Below, piece after piece: positions 1 to 12,800 of a stretch of 64,000 nt of DNA (within the stretch, counting starts at the first letter, position 1; every line of letters begins with the position of its first letter). Below the pieces are notes generated by a model. That model saw nothing but the letters and a program-made list of their open reading frames with translations, was not told the DNA's origin and did no database searches. The position numbers and the translations under genes were made by a program. The stretch lies in the NCBI GenBank assembly GCA_047967505.1, contig CM106538.1; one strand, written 5' to 3'. The stretch is from Dipteris shenzhenensis (taxonomy: Eukaryota).

Positions 1-339
1 ACTTTGGAATATGGCGTAAAATGTATGATGTGCCACCACCTGTTATTATCCACCATTGGTTGATAGACAACCTATTCAAACACAAATACAAACATTTTAT
101 TTTCATTGCATTGAAGGTATCAAATATATATAAGTGAGCATTTTTATATATGTGTGGAGTACCTGTTCATATTGTTGTGGTAGTACTAGTGTGTCCCTGC
201 AATGATTTTTGAAATATGCCATCTGCACCATTGACCAAGCCATCAAGAATGTCTAAATGGTTCTCTTCAGGTCTACCTCTCTAAGTCTGAAGATGTTAGA
301 ACAACTTGGACTCTATTCAAGAAAGGACTGTAATGTTGG

Positions 340-423
340 GGTCAACTGTGGCATAGTGAATAGAGAAGATGGAAATCATGGGGTCGACTATGGCATAATG
401 AATAGAGAATATGGAAATCATGG
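340..423. repeat. 42-bp tandem duplication (2 copies)
   Basis: ggtcaactgtggcatagtgaatagagaagatggaaatcatgg followed directly by ggtcgactatggcataatgaatagagaatatggaaatcatgg. Confidence 0.8.
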
Positions 424-1046
424 GCAAAAATCAAACAAGAATTTCACCTTTCCAATCAACACACTAGACTAATAAGAGAGTGTCTTAATTTGTGGATTTT
501 GGTATTCATTGGAAGGGAGGAACAGTGTTGTTATACAACTATGAGTTCAACTGGGCTTGCAGCTCCCACTTGCTCCCTATCTCCACATTGACCAAAGGCT
601 TTTGCCCCTCCATTAGCAGTGCATGAGCCTAGATGCTCATATTTCCTTAGCTTGAAGGGGATCCACTTATAGCATTGAACATCTAGTACACTACAGCAAG
701 ACAAAAGAAATTGAATAAGAAATCTAAATTGTTGAAAGCTCCTAACTTATGCAAACATTCTATATACCGACCTTTTGCTTGCATCCTCTAGTATACTCCC
801 ATTCTTCCATTATGATATGCATCCCCTCATCTCTCTCTACTAACTCCATTTTGTCAAGTAGCCAATTGACATAAATATCCTTTGGAACTGCTCTTAGATG
901 CTTAGGCTATGGCACACAAGATCCATGGTGTGTATGAAAGAGGGCCCTTTCTCCTTGTCTTCTTCCCTTTGCATCCTAATATCTTGTCACCCATCTTTTC
1001 ATCACATCACTATTAAGCATGCAATAGAGGTTTAGATTATTAAGCA

Positions 1047-1437
1047 TGTTGAGATATGGTGCCATGAGCACATATTAGAGGCTAAGGTATGGTATAGGAA
1101 AGAATCAAAGTAGCCACCTGAGGATGTGGACTACATTATGTGGAGATGTGGATCAAGGATATCCACAAGGAGAGATGTCAATCAGAGGATCCCACTAGTG
1201 TTGATTATTCTAAGGGCACTCTCTATATAAGAGGCCTATCATATATTGTTGAGTAGAAGAAATGCACATACACTCAAGATTCTATTTATGAGTCCAAGCT
1301 AATCTATCTTGGAACCTAATTGACTTGATATACATGCCATGAACACTCTCTTCATCATGTTTACACATAGGTTCCATCCACCTTAGAGCGCTCTCCATAG
1401 ATCTGGAGGCACACATATTTTGTCATGGTATTAGCAC
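1047..1437 (+). mobile_element. Putative orphan 5' LTR (TGTTGAGA...TGTCA, 1047-1425) with degenerate tRNA-iMet PBS
   Basis: TG...CA termini, internal TATA-like ctatataa near 1224, followed immediately by tggtattagcacc (cf. canonical TGGTATCAGAGC). No partner LTR or pol found. Confidence 0.45.
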
Positions 1438-3533
1438 CAGATGCTCCCACTCCCTTCATGAGTAGCAAGCCCTCCGCTGCAAGGCATCTTCATTTTTTCT
1501 CCACTTCTTCTTATAGAGCTCATCTTCTTTTTCGTTTTGGTTAAGGAAGCACTCCATTTCACTTCATGGAGATCTAGCTATGGTATTATAAATTATGTGG
1601 GTTTCCTTGAGTAATTTCTTGAGTTTACAATGAGAAACACATTTTATTCTCAACTTTTGTGAGTCCATTCTTTGAGAGAGAGTTCTCAGGTTCTTTGTGA
1701 GAGTATAGTTTCTCTGCTCTACCTCTAAGAGAATGCAAGTTTGCTTTTTTAGAAACTCTTAAGGCCAAATTTCTTTCAAAGATAGCCTTCAAATCGGCAA
1801 CGGTAGCCCAGAGGTGATCAAGCAGCTCCCTGTAGGGCTACACGGCTAGCCATCTTTAGTTAGGCTACACGGTTAGCCATCTTTAGTCAGGTTACCCATG
1901 GCGACTTAGCTGTGGTAGACTCTAGATTCACAAAGCCTCGATGGCCTCCCCGACCTACAAACTCCATGCTAATGGGCTCACAAGATGACTCATGCTCCAT
2001 CAGCATAGCCAACGGGCTCACAAGACAACAATAGTAGCTCCATTGATGGAACTATACCCATGCAAACCTCTGGACAATAGTGACTCTCCACGGCTAAGGT
2101 GTAAGCTGACTCACAAGTTGAGTCCTACAAATTCGCCACTTGTCAGAGACTTCTACAACGACTTTTGCTATGACCTAGCTTCAAGTGCCCCTTGTCATTT
2201 CCAAAGCTTCAATGCCAAGCTCAACCTGCAAGCTCGCCAGTCCAATTCAATCACACCAGCCGACATAGCAGAGGTCTCCATGACCTCATGAGCCCCACAG
2301 GACAACCAACAAGCAACACAAAGGCTCCACTCCAGCCACCTTAACAACCACTACGACCAGGCAACTCCCTCATCTTTGTCGAAACACCAGCACCAGAAGC
2401 TCCAACGAGTGCCTCCATCAATGAAACCATCAGAACCATCACCCATAGGCCTCATCCAACTCTAACCTCTAGATGTTTCTTGGAAGATGCCTCCAGACGC
2501 TCAACAACTGGCTCCTCTTCTCCAAGGGACTCCAGCCTGCATGTAGCCAGTCGACTTGAAGTATGCAATAGCAAATAGGCTCTCCATAGGCTCCAATCAT
2601 GATACTAAACATATGCCTCCAATGACTAAGGCTCCACGAGGTCTACGAGCAACAACTAACTCCAAGGCTTTTCCACGAGCTTCCAGCATGTATAGCTGCC
2701 TAATCAACCACTATCTACAGGCGTACAGCTTGCAACGCTCTGAACTCCTAATGGCATCTCCTTCACAGCGGTTGACTAGCTTGAATGATAGAACCATGGA
2801 AAGAATTGTGGCTACTTCTACTTAGCATGCATCTAAGATGCGACTCCAAGAGATCTCCATCAGAAGAGGTGCAATCGTGAGGATGAAGACAAAAATCTCC
2901 ATCGAAAATTCCTAAGGTTTCCTTACCTGACATGTGGCAGATAAGATTGATTATGATTAAGTTAACCCAAGTTTTGACCTTGGTTAGTAGCTTGCCACAT
3001 GGCACATAGACCCAAGTCTGGTCAACACAACCCACACTAAACCATGGTTAAGTTTAGGTTCAAGATTGGTTAGCTACCACATCACTAAGTGCCACCTAAG
3101 CACATAGCCCATGCCAAGCATAGTTTAGAATTCAGCATATGAATCCCTATGCCACATCATTAGGCCACGTCTTCTTCGTAAAACTTCAACAAAGCATGCA
3201 GATAATAGGTTGTCTTAGAGAGACCACTGCGCTGGTTTTTGGTGTAATAATGAGGCGCAATCTATTAATCTAAACATCGCCTCAGTGCAATCTTTGGCCT
3301 GGCAACCTATCAATCACCCAGAATTCAAGGTTGTCTTGGAGCGACCTCCGCACTGGTTCTTGGAGTTATAGCTCTGTTACCTATTTTTACGTATTACAAG
3401 AGGAGGTATACAAGAGGTCTATGATGACCACTATGCTAGCAAACAAAAGGAGATCTATGACAACCAACATGCTAGTTCTTGGAGTTATATATTCGTGTAC
3501 CAAGGAAAAATTTGTATTTCCTTGTGCAACTAA

Positions 3534-3702
3534 GGAAAATGCAAGTGACAATATGGCCCTTGAGGGGTCCCCTTTAGGGGCAAGGGCAATATCGACATGC
3601 CATATCTGTCCAGTGGCATCCTAGATATTGTATAATGCATGTCAATATAGCCCTTGTCCCTAGAGGGGACCCCTCAAGGGCCATATCATCAATTGCATTT
3701 TC
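3534..3702. mobile_element. Foldback/MITE-like element with about 66-bp inverted arms, flanked by TAA/TAA (Tourist-like)
   Basis: 3535-3600 (gaaaatgcaagtgacaatatggcccttgaggggtcccc...gacatgc) is the near-perfect reverse complement of 3637-3702. TAA at 3531-3533 and 3703-3705. Confidence 0.7.
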
Positions 3703-4912
3703 TAAAAGTTTAATTGTTTTCTAGATGTATCTCCACGCAACCACTATGGTGGGTCGTTGGAGCTATTTTAGCACTATTTTGGTCCTAAATCAAGGAAATT
3801 GTAGTCCTATTTTACTGCTATTTTAGTCAGTGTTGTAGTAAATATAAATGAGGGCAAAAGTACTCCAAGCCACCGTGGTGATTGGAGGCCCAATGATACC
3901 ATCTTCTAAGAAAAACCAATGTTGGTTTAGGGCATCTACACTTCCAATGCAGAACTGTACTTGCAAAACATGAACTAATTTGAATGCTGTATTGCCAAAA
4001 TATAGAGGTAAATAGCTCCAAATCCTTTTCCAAGATTGGCAACAGTCTCCAAACCTGCTTAGAACAGTGCTAGATAGCAACTACATTCACTCTTATTGGG
4101 GTGGACAGGCTAGAAACAGGCTCCAGTAACCTCTTCTCCTTCAAAGGTGGTCTATAATCTCCAAAATAGACATGGTTTGACAAAATACTACCCCAAAAGT
4201 GGACATCCAGCTTCGGAATAATAGCTATAGTGGCAGCCAGGTAGAAACCTTAAGGAGCTCTGCCACCATTTGGCGAGCATTTGGCATACATGTGTAGGCA
4301 TATGTATTGCCAATATATTAATGTGTTGTAGAATTGGCATCACTTGCAAAGAGCATGTGTATCCGCAAATGCATTTCATGCATAAATCTTGTACTTCTTA
4401 TGTAGAGGTGAAACAGATTCTACATTTATAACATATATATTAACCATTTGGATCAACTCACTATCCATTTACATGTTGACCATGTCACTATCTTTCTATT
4501 TCCATTTGGCATAAATGTGCATCACTACTACATGTGATGCTTAATATCACCTACAAAGAGCATACATAGCCACCCACGCATTCCATAAATAAATGTCATT
4601 GAAAATATTTCTTGTGCTTTTGTAGATGAAGCACATTCAACATACATAACAACCATTTTGATTGACCCTTTGTCCATTTACAAGTTGACCATGTGTAGCA
4701 TCTCTCTATCCCCATTTGGCATACATGAAACTTGTGAAATCCTTTTCACATACATGCTATGCTAACCATTTATATGAGCTCCCTATCAAGTTACATGTTG
4801 TAGACCCAATATATAGCATATAAGAATGATTATACACTAACATAAATAAGTCTCTTCTCCCTTAAAAAAGCCCAAATTCCAATAAAGATAACAAACACTA
4901 GAATGAAAAAGC

Positions 4913-5090
4913 TGAAATGCATCTTGAATGTTTAATAGTAGCAAATATGAAGTTACACAAGAGTAACACTTGAACAATCCATGAATCTAAACCAAAAATT
5001 GATAGAGTGGAAAATATGAAATGCATCTTGAATGTTTACTATAAAAACTAAAAATTAAACAAGAGTAACACCCAAACAATCCATGCCTAC
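4913..5090. repeat. About 104-bp diverged tandem duplication
   Basis: tgaaatgcatcttgaatgttta...acaagagtaacac...aacaatccatg occurs at about 4913 and about 5017. Confidence 0.65.
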
Positions 5091-7093
5091 AATCCATAAT
5101 TTTAGCATTGAAACATCTATGGGCTTCTTCTCATAAATGTTGCATCATGCCACATAGCTTGCCAACAAATTTATCCTATAAAACAAACCATTTACATCAA
5201 CTCCTTGTCAAGTTACATGCTACAAACCTAGGATCCCTATGTGATAAGAAGGATTGAGAGAACATTAACAAAAACATATGTTCCCTTCATATAAAAACTC
5301 CAATTCCAATAAAGACATACATACAGTTTATGGATAAATGTGTCTTTGAAAAGGAAGTGGAGAAAGAGAGGAAAGAGAGGGAAGAGAGGAAAGAAGTCAT
5401 GGATCTGCATTTTATGTGAAGAAGCAAGTTGATCAAAGAAAAAAAGGAAAAAGATGCCATATGGGAATAGGAAATTGAAGCTATGGCACAAGAATTGCAA
5501 GAGGGTAGATCAAAAAAGAGTGCAATGGATTGGTAACATGTCTACATGGCAGCAAGGCTATTTGCATCAGATATTAGCATAGCATTGTTGCTTGCATAAG
5601 TTAATAGAATAGTAGGGTGTGTGCATCAAATATCAAAGCAAAAATTGCATTAGTTATTGGTGCAGCAATGTTTCTTGCATCAAATATTGGAGCAGCAGGG
5701 CTCAGATGGATTGGTAGCATGTATGTGTGGCCGCAGGACTACCGGATAGCAAAAGGGATTCACTAACAAGGTAGCAACAAGTCCGTGGATCAAAATTACA
5801 AGGGAAAGGAAGATGTTTGGAGGGTCATCTATAGATTCAGAGATTGGAGTAGTAGGGCTACAATGGACTGGGAAGGAGGGAAGGGAAGGGATGACTTCAA
5901 AATGGATAAACTTTACAAAACTTTAAAAAATAAAAAATGTACCTTTTCTGCCCTGCACATATTCATTGAAAAGTTTGTAGTTGTTCTCATCAAGATGGTA
6001 TTTCTTTGTTTGTCAATCATAGTTGAGATTGGCAAAGGCTATTATCGATTCCAAATTCACACATTGGTTGTCAACAAGGTCATATGTGTAGGTCCTAGTT
6101 CCCTTTTGTTGTTGAAACCATGACAAATGAATTTGAACATTCAAAGGCCTATCCAATATATCAAAGGGGCCTCTTTTCTCTTTTAGACAATTTCCAACCT
6201 TTCTCCTCATGCTTACCACCCATCCAAGGTACCACATGCCGCTTGTAGCTCCCTTACTAGTACTCCCAGCTTTTCCTTTTCCTCTCTTTTTGTTTGCATT
6301 TATTGATGTGCTTTCAAACAATACTGCACAATCAGAGCACAATCAGATCGTATACCAGACATGTTCTTGTATGAATCATTGCCTTCTTCTCCAAAGAAAA
6401 ATACACTCCATTTTTCACCCTTGTTAACCTATCTTTAGATAGTGTGGTATTTCCATTCAATTGGCTGATGAGTGTGCTTTTAGAAATGGCTTTCCCATCC
6501 ACTTCAACAAACGGTGATATTTCACTAGCCACCTTCTCCTCCTCATCAATTAGACAATCAATCACATGAGGAAGCTCGCTTTCACTTCAATTATATTCAT
6601 CTAAAAGTAGAACATCATCCAATGATTCATCTTCGTCCACATATTCAAGATTAGGGTTGAAGAGTTCTAAGAGATCTCCCTCCTCCCATGAGTCATTCCA
6701 CAAAGTTTCATCTCACATACCAAGTGTCTCACATACGGCCTTTGCTTCTAATAAGTTCTCTTTCAATGCAGATACCATATGGTTATCACTACTCACACAA
6801 GCATAGTCTCCCAGGTTGGCCAAAGGAGTGCCATCTTCCTTTTCCAAAGTAGCCCATATATTTTCTTGTTGAGGATGAGCTGTTGTAAATTTCAAGATTA
6901 AACCTGCTTGAAACTCTACTATTCTATTCAGTGCTCTTGTACTACTTAGCAAATCAAAGCCATCATAGCATCTTTCATTCCGAACCATTCCACCCACCTT
7001 GCTAAAAAAGTTCTCACATGCATCCGATCCCATGCAAGAAAGGGGTACGTGCAAGTGAGGATGCTTTTCCCTAAAAGTCTTTATCAAGAGAAC

Positions 7094-7671
7094 CATTAGG
7101 GAAAAAGGGAGCTCATTTTGGGGCCTTTTAGCCAAGAAAGAAAATAGCCCTCCACCAATCAAAGGAGGGCCAATGTAACATTGAAAATTTTAGAAAAAGG
7201 AAAACAAAAGAAATGTGGTCGAGTTTGCATTCAATGAGGATACTTGAGCTACTTTATTATATCTGATGTATATCTGATGTATGGTGTAGAATTTGGTATT
7301 TTTGACATCACCAGCGTGTCCAGAGCGACAGGCCAAAACCTTCAGAGAGGCTTTTGAAATGTTGAAAACGGGCCCTCGGAGGCTCGAAAAAGGCTTGGAA
7401 AGCAACCCGTACAAATCAAAGTGATTTGACAGGTTGGATCTGGGTCGGTCCTTTTTGGCCTTTTTCGAGCCTCCGAGGGCCCGTTTTTGGTGTTTCAAAA
7501 GCCTTTTCGAGGGTTTTTGCCTGCTCCAAACGCATCGGTAATGTCAGAAATATCAAATTCTACACTGTATGTTAGTGGTGTTAGGTCATATTTTATTGTT
7601 TTGAGGAAAGAAAAATGAAGAAATCATGAATTTCTCTCACGTCCACAAAATGAGCTCCTTTTTTCCTAATG
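7094..7671. mobile_element. Non-autonomous TIR element with CATTAGG...CCTAATG termini inserted in the transposase exon
   Basis: Left end cattagggaaaaagggagctcattttg vs reverse complement of right end cattaggaaaaaaggagctcattttg. Removing it restores the transposase frame (SCHFV-VLLIK). Confidence 0.75.
7282..7567. mobile_element. Tc1/mariner-type MITE with about 115-bp TIRs and TA TSD, nested in the CATTAGG element
   Basis: Arms 7282-7394 and about 7457-7567 are reverse complements (core aaaacgggccctcggaggctcgaaaaaggc). Right end reads CAGTGTAGAA in reverse complement. TA at 7280-7281 and 7568-7569. Confidence 0.75.
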
Positions 7672-9829
7672 CACAAAGTGACATGACAATTGAATGTCAA
7701 TGAATGTTTCTCTACTGATAAAGTTTTGCTTTAGGGAGTATGCATCATGCTTAGTGATCCACATGCACCAAAGCCTACATATAGAAAGAACCATGGGTAT
7801 TAGCCGCATAAACCTTGGAAATACATTCAAAACCCTTTATTCATATATCACTAATAGAAATGGTAGCAACTTCTACATACCTGAAAAAGAAAGACAGCTT
7901 TCCTACAGCTTTCACATGACCATACAAGTTTAGGGTAGGTGATAAGAAAATATCAATGTAAGATGTTACTATTGATAAGTACATCCATGTGCCCAATGTC
8001 CACTCTTGGTGAGCACCATAGCCTGCTTATAATAACTTCAAACAATTTTGCACTTTCTTTGTAGCAATCCTTTGTGCAACTCTCCAATTTTGTCTATCCT
8101 TTCTCTCAATATCCCCTTCTTGCAAGCCATGTTCATCAACCTTGAATAATTGATATACAATTGCTACATAATTCAAAGTCACAAATTCTCTACCAAGTGT
8201 GGGGGTTAAAGGTCACTGTGCCTTTACCCCGGTTATATACAAAATTCAAACACATATATAAATGAATGAAAAAGAAGATTAGGGTGGTTTTGCACCCACC
8301 AAAACTTGTGTGGCTCTCTGTTTCTCTCTCTCCTTCCATTCTTGCTTCCGTTGAGAGCACTCTTAACTGGTATCAGAGCCCGGGTGATCTAGCTGAGCGT
8401 GCGTGAATGCTTGAAGCTCAACAGCTCTGTGGGAGGAAGGAGAAGCTCTGTGGGAAGCTTTGTGGGTGACTTTACTTGCATCCGAGTGTGTAGAGACCTT
8501 GAGGGAACCTTTGGAAAAGTAACTTTGGTTTTGCGAAGTGGTTTTGAGAGCCTGTTAAGTGTTTTCAAAGAAAAAGTCATTTTTTGAGCTTTTCCCTGTT
8601 CTGTTCGATGACAGAGACTCCGTATTGACTTGTAGAGGCAACTATTGCTTGCTTTTGGTGTTCACTTCATTTTAGGAGCTTGGAAACACCTTCATTCTTG
8701 AATCTGGGATCATTTCATTAGATTTCTGACTCACTGTGTCAGTTTCTGCGTTTTTCTACCCGAGTGTTGGAACTCAAGTTTGGAGCAACCATTTGCAGAT
8801 CTGTCAGTTCCGGTGGACTCAGGAGGTCCTAAAACTTATATGTTGCTCATCATTCGCACTCCGATGGAGTTTACAAATAGCTCTGTTTCCAAAAACGTTT
8901 TTCAGTCCGTGTGTTGGACCCAGTGATTGAGACCACGGTTTCCAAAACCGTCTGTTCCATTGCATTCCGAAAGCCCAAAACCCCTACCTATCAGTTCTTA
9001 CACGATTCGGTGGAGGATTTTCAGAGTTATATATCTCTGTGTATTCGATTTCGTCTCTCTATTATGCATTTTTCATTCTAAGGTTTTGAAACCTTAGATT
9101 TATGCCATATGGCAGTGGATAAGTGTTGACTCCCATTTCTCACTCATCGTTTGGGATTTTGGAGTTCCGACAGAAGAGAGATATTTGCAGATTTTCTTGT
9201 TGAGTTCGATTATGCAATGGCGCCCATGTTTTGAGGCATCTCAGGTTCTATTTTCAGTAGCGGTCATTACCGTGGGACTATGATTTCTTGAGCATACCTT
9301 ATGCAGATCACTCGGGCTGATCACTCGGGCTGTAGTTTGAGCAGTGTACGCTCATTCGTGGTGTGCATGGGGTTGCAATGGATGATTTATAGCCCATTTG
9401 GATGCATTGCGGTCCTTATTGGATGCATTGATAGGCCCAAATTGCCTTGTGGGATGCTATTTTTATGAATGCTTTGCACATGGACGCTATTTTATGCTGA
9501 GGGACAGCTTTGACACATTGCAGGTGATGCACTGATAGTGCTATGCTCTCTTTGATGAGATATTATTAATGCATATGCTAGTGGACGGTGTTTATGCTTG
9601 AGTCGTTTGGCACTTATTGGCATTTTGGATTGCCATTGCTGTTGGCATTTTCTTTTAGGCCAGATTTGCTCATATGGATGCATAGTATATGCACATGAGT
9701 CAAATGCTTTGAGACATGAGTTTTGGTGATATTTCACTCTATTGTGGCATACACATTTACATGCACCTGGTATTTGGTGTGATTCTCTCTTGTAGGCACT
9801 AGCATTTGGGATTTTGCTTTATTTGCATT

Positions 9830-12800
9830 ATGGCATCCTCTTCCATGTCTGAAAAGGAGGTTTTTAGCATTAAAAAGTTTGATGGGACAAACTTTTCTTT
9901 GTGGAAAGAACAAATAAGGGATGTGCTTATTCAAAAGAAGCAGATTAAACCCTTGGCAGGGATTGAAGCTAAGCCTGCAAATATGTCTGAGGATGATTGG
10001 AATGAGTTGGATGCATTAGCAAAATCTACTATTAGACTTCATCTTGCAGAGTCAGTTTATTTCATAGTAGTAAATGAGCAGATTACGGAAGATTTGTGGA
10101 AGAAACTGTGTGCCACTTATGAAAAGGAAACTGCCTCTAATAAAGTTTACTTTATGAAGAGGTTGTTTGAGCTGCAAATGAAGGAAGGGGTCTCCATTGC
10201 TTCTCACTTGAATGAATTCAATATTATTTTCAGCCAGCTTCAGACTCAGAGGATGAATTTTGATGTGGAGACTAAGGCAATATTTCTCTTATGTTCATTG
10301 CCATCCTCATGGGATACCTTCTGTATAGTTGTCAGTAACTCTGCACCTGGTGGAGTACTGAAATTTGATGATTTTGTGGGTAGCTTGTTGGCCGAGGAGA
10401 TTAGATGGAAGTCTATGGATAGCAACAAGCAGGATGTAGCCTTAAATGTGCAAAGGGGCAGGTCACAGTTCAGGGGGAAGTCCCAAGAAAGAGGGAAGTC
10501 TTGTAGCAAATCTAGGGCATGGAACATTGAGTGTTACCACTATGGCAAGAAGGGCCATATGAAAAAGGATTGCTACAAGCTGAAAAGAGAGAAAAAGGAT
10601 AAGAAAAAGAATGCAAATTGGGGTGCAGATCAAAAGGAAGAGAGTCCAAGGGAGGACAAAGGAAAAGTGAAGATCGAGGAGATCAATGCAGTCACACATG
10701 ATAGTGACAATGACGTTCTCTTCATGTCTAGTTTATCTACAGAGTTTCTTACCACTTCAGATGATGCATATTCCCAGGATTGGATTTTGGATTCTGGTGC
10801 TTCATTCCATGTTACTCCCCATAGGGAATGGTTCTCCACTTATGACAGTGGAAAGACAGGTTGTGTGCATCTTGGAAATGACTATGCATGTAACATAGTG
10901 GGAGCAGGTGACATAAAAATGGGTCTGCATTTGTTTTGAAACATGTGAGACATGTCCCTAAGCTGACCAAGAGTCTTATTTCAGTGGGTCAGCTAGATGA
11001 TGCTGGTTTTCACACCACTTTTGGCTTTCAGACTTGGAAAATTTAGAAGGGCTCTATGCTTTTGGCCAGGGGTGCCAAGTGTGGCACTTTGTATCCCTTA
11101 CATGTATCAGGGGTATTTGATCATGTTGTTGCAGTAACCGAGTAGCCAAGAACTTCTTTGTGGCATTGCAGGTTGGGGCACATGAGCCAGAATGGAATGA
11201 AACTCTTATGCCGTTTCAGTTATGTACCGCATTTGAGTTTCTCTGATTTTGAATTTTGTGAGCATTGTCTCTATGGGAAGCAGACTAAATCAGCCCATAA
11301 AAGAAGGGGAAAGAAAGAGTTTGAAAAGCTTGATTTAGTGCATTCAGACGTATGTGGTCCCATGCCTACACGGTCATTAGGCGGGGCTGGATACTATGTG
11401 ACATTCATTGATGATGCAACTAGGAAAGTGTGGGCTTATGCTATAGCTCGGAAGAGTGATGTGTTCCAAGTATTTCAGAAATGGCTGGCCTTGGTTGAGA
11501 ATCAGTCAGGTAGAACGCTTAAATGCCTACGGACTGACAATGGTGAAGAGTATCTCTCTCATGACTTTCAGCATTTCTATGATACACGTGGGATTAAGAG
11601 GGAGCTCACATCCCCTCGTACTCCAGAGCAAAATCCAGTTGCAAAAAAGTAGAACCGTACCATTCAAGAAAGGTTGCAATGCATGCTTTCCAATGCAAGT
11701 CTTTCTAGCGATTTTTGGGCTGAGGCAATGAAGACTACAGTGCATGTGATCAATAGATCACCTAGTAAGAGTTTGGATGGTGGTATTCCTGAAGAGGCAT
11801 GGAGTGGCAAGAAGCCCTCTTACTCTCATTTGCGTATATTTGGGTGTGAGGCATATGCACATGTGCCGAAAGAGCTTCGAAAGAAGCTAGATCCTAAGTC
11901 TAGGAAATGCATCTTTCTAGGTTATGGTGAAAGTGGAGAGATGGGCTATCATCTCTGGGATCCAGAAGCAAAGAAGATCATATGCAGCCATGATGTAGTA
12001 TTCAATGAAAAGAAGATGCATAAGACACCCATGAGGGATGTGGAAATGAGGAGAATCACTTTCCAGGATGTGAATCCACCTGCATATGTTGATAGACAGC
12101 AAGCTGTCCATGCACCAAATGTGCAAGAAATGGTACCACCAAGTACTCCCACAGGGGATGCGTCAATTTTACGAGCAAAAACCTATGAGCAAGTTTATCC
12201 GAGCGTGTTTTTCAAGAGATTTTTAAAAATGTTTTTCTTTAGGAAACATGATTTTTACACTTTTATTTTCACTAGAACTAGATCCCTTTATCATAAAAAT
12301 ATACAGACTAGTCACTCATTCATTTTTACACAACATAATTTTCTTATTTGGAGACATCCCTTTGTACCCCTGTTATTACCTTAAAAAAGTGTTGATTCCT
12401 TTAAGAAACATTCCTCATAATCACTCTCAATGTAATAATACTATGCATATATAATTACTTATTAACACATTTATATCATATGGCAATATCTTTTTAGTGT
12501 TTTTATAGCATATTTATGGACATGTTTCTAAAGAAGTTTAAATTACTATAAATAAGTATTAACTTAGGCTTATATATCACTCTCATAAAATACATATAAT
12601 ATTTAACCCTATATATGAAAGATTTTCCAAAACATAACTTCATAGATGTGCTCAAATTGGGTGTTCCGATCAATTTGAGTGGTTGAATGACTATATTTGG
12701 ACATTGGATATGAAAGTTATGTCACTTTTAAAAGTGCTGTCCAAGGGAGACTTGCTTCAAAGGGGTTTCGCTGGCAAAACTACCTGGATGGCTTGCTTCA

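Noticed and set aside
160-1010. Possible spliced minus-strand gene fragment (GT-AG intron-like segment near 690-770)
   Set aside because: All frames contain stops and I recognise no domain
3823-4300. Possible LINE (L1) 3' fragment on minus strand (HCSKQVW-like motif)
   Set aside because: Too degenerate; one weak motif, no RT, poly(A) or TSD
8389-8587. Short ORFs in the copia leader conserved in both copies (also 35509-35790)
   Set aside because: Non-ATG starts; conservation is explained by the high nucleotide identity of the two copies
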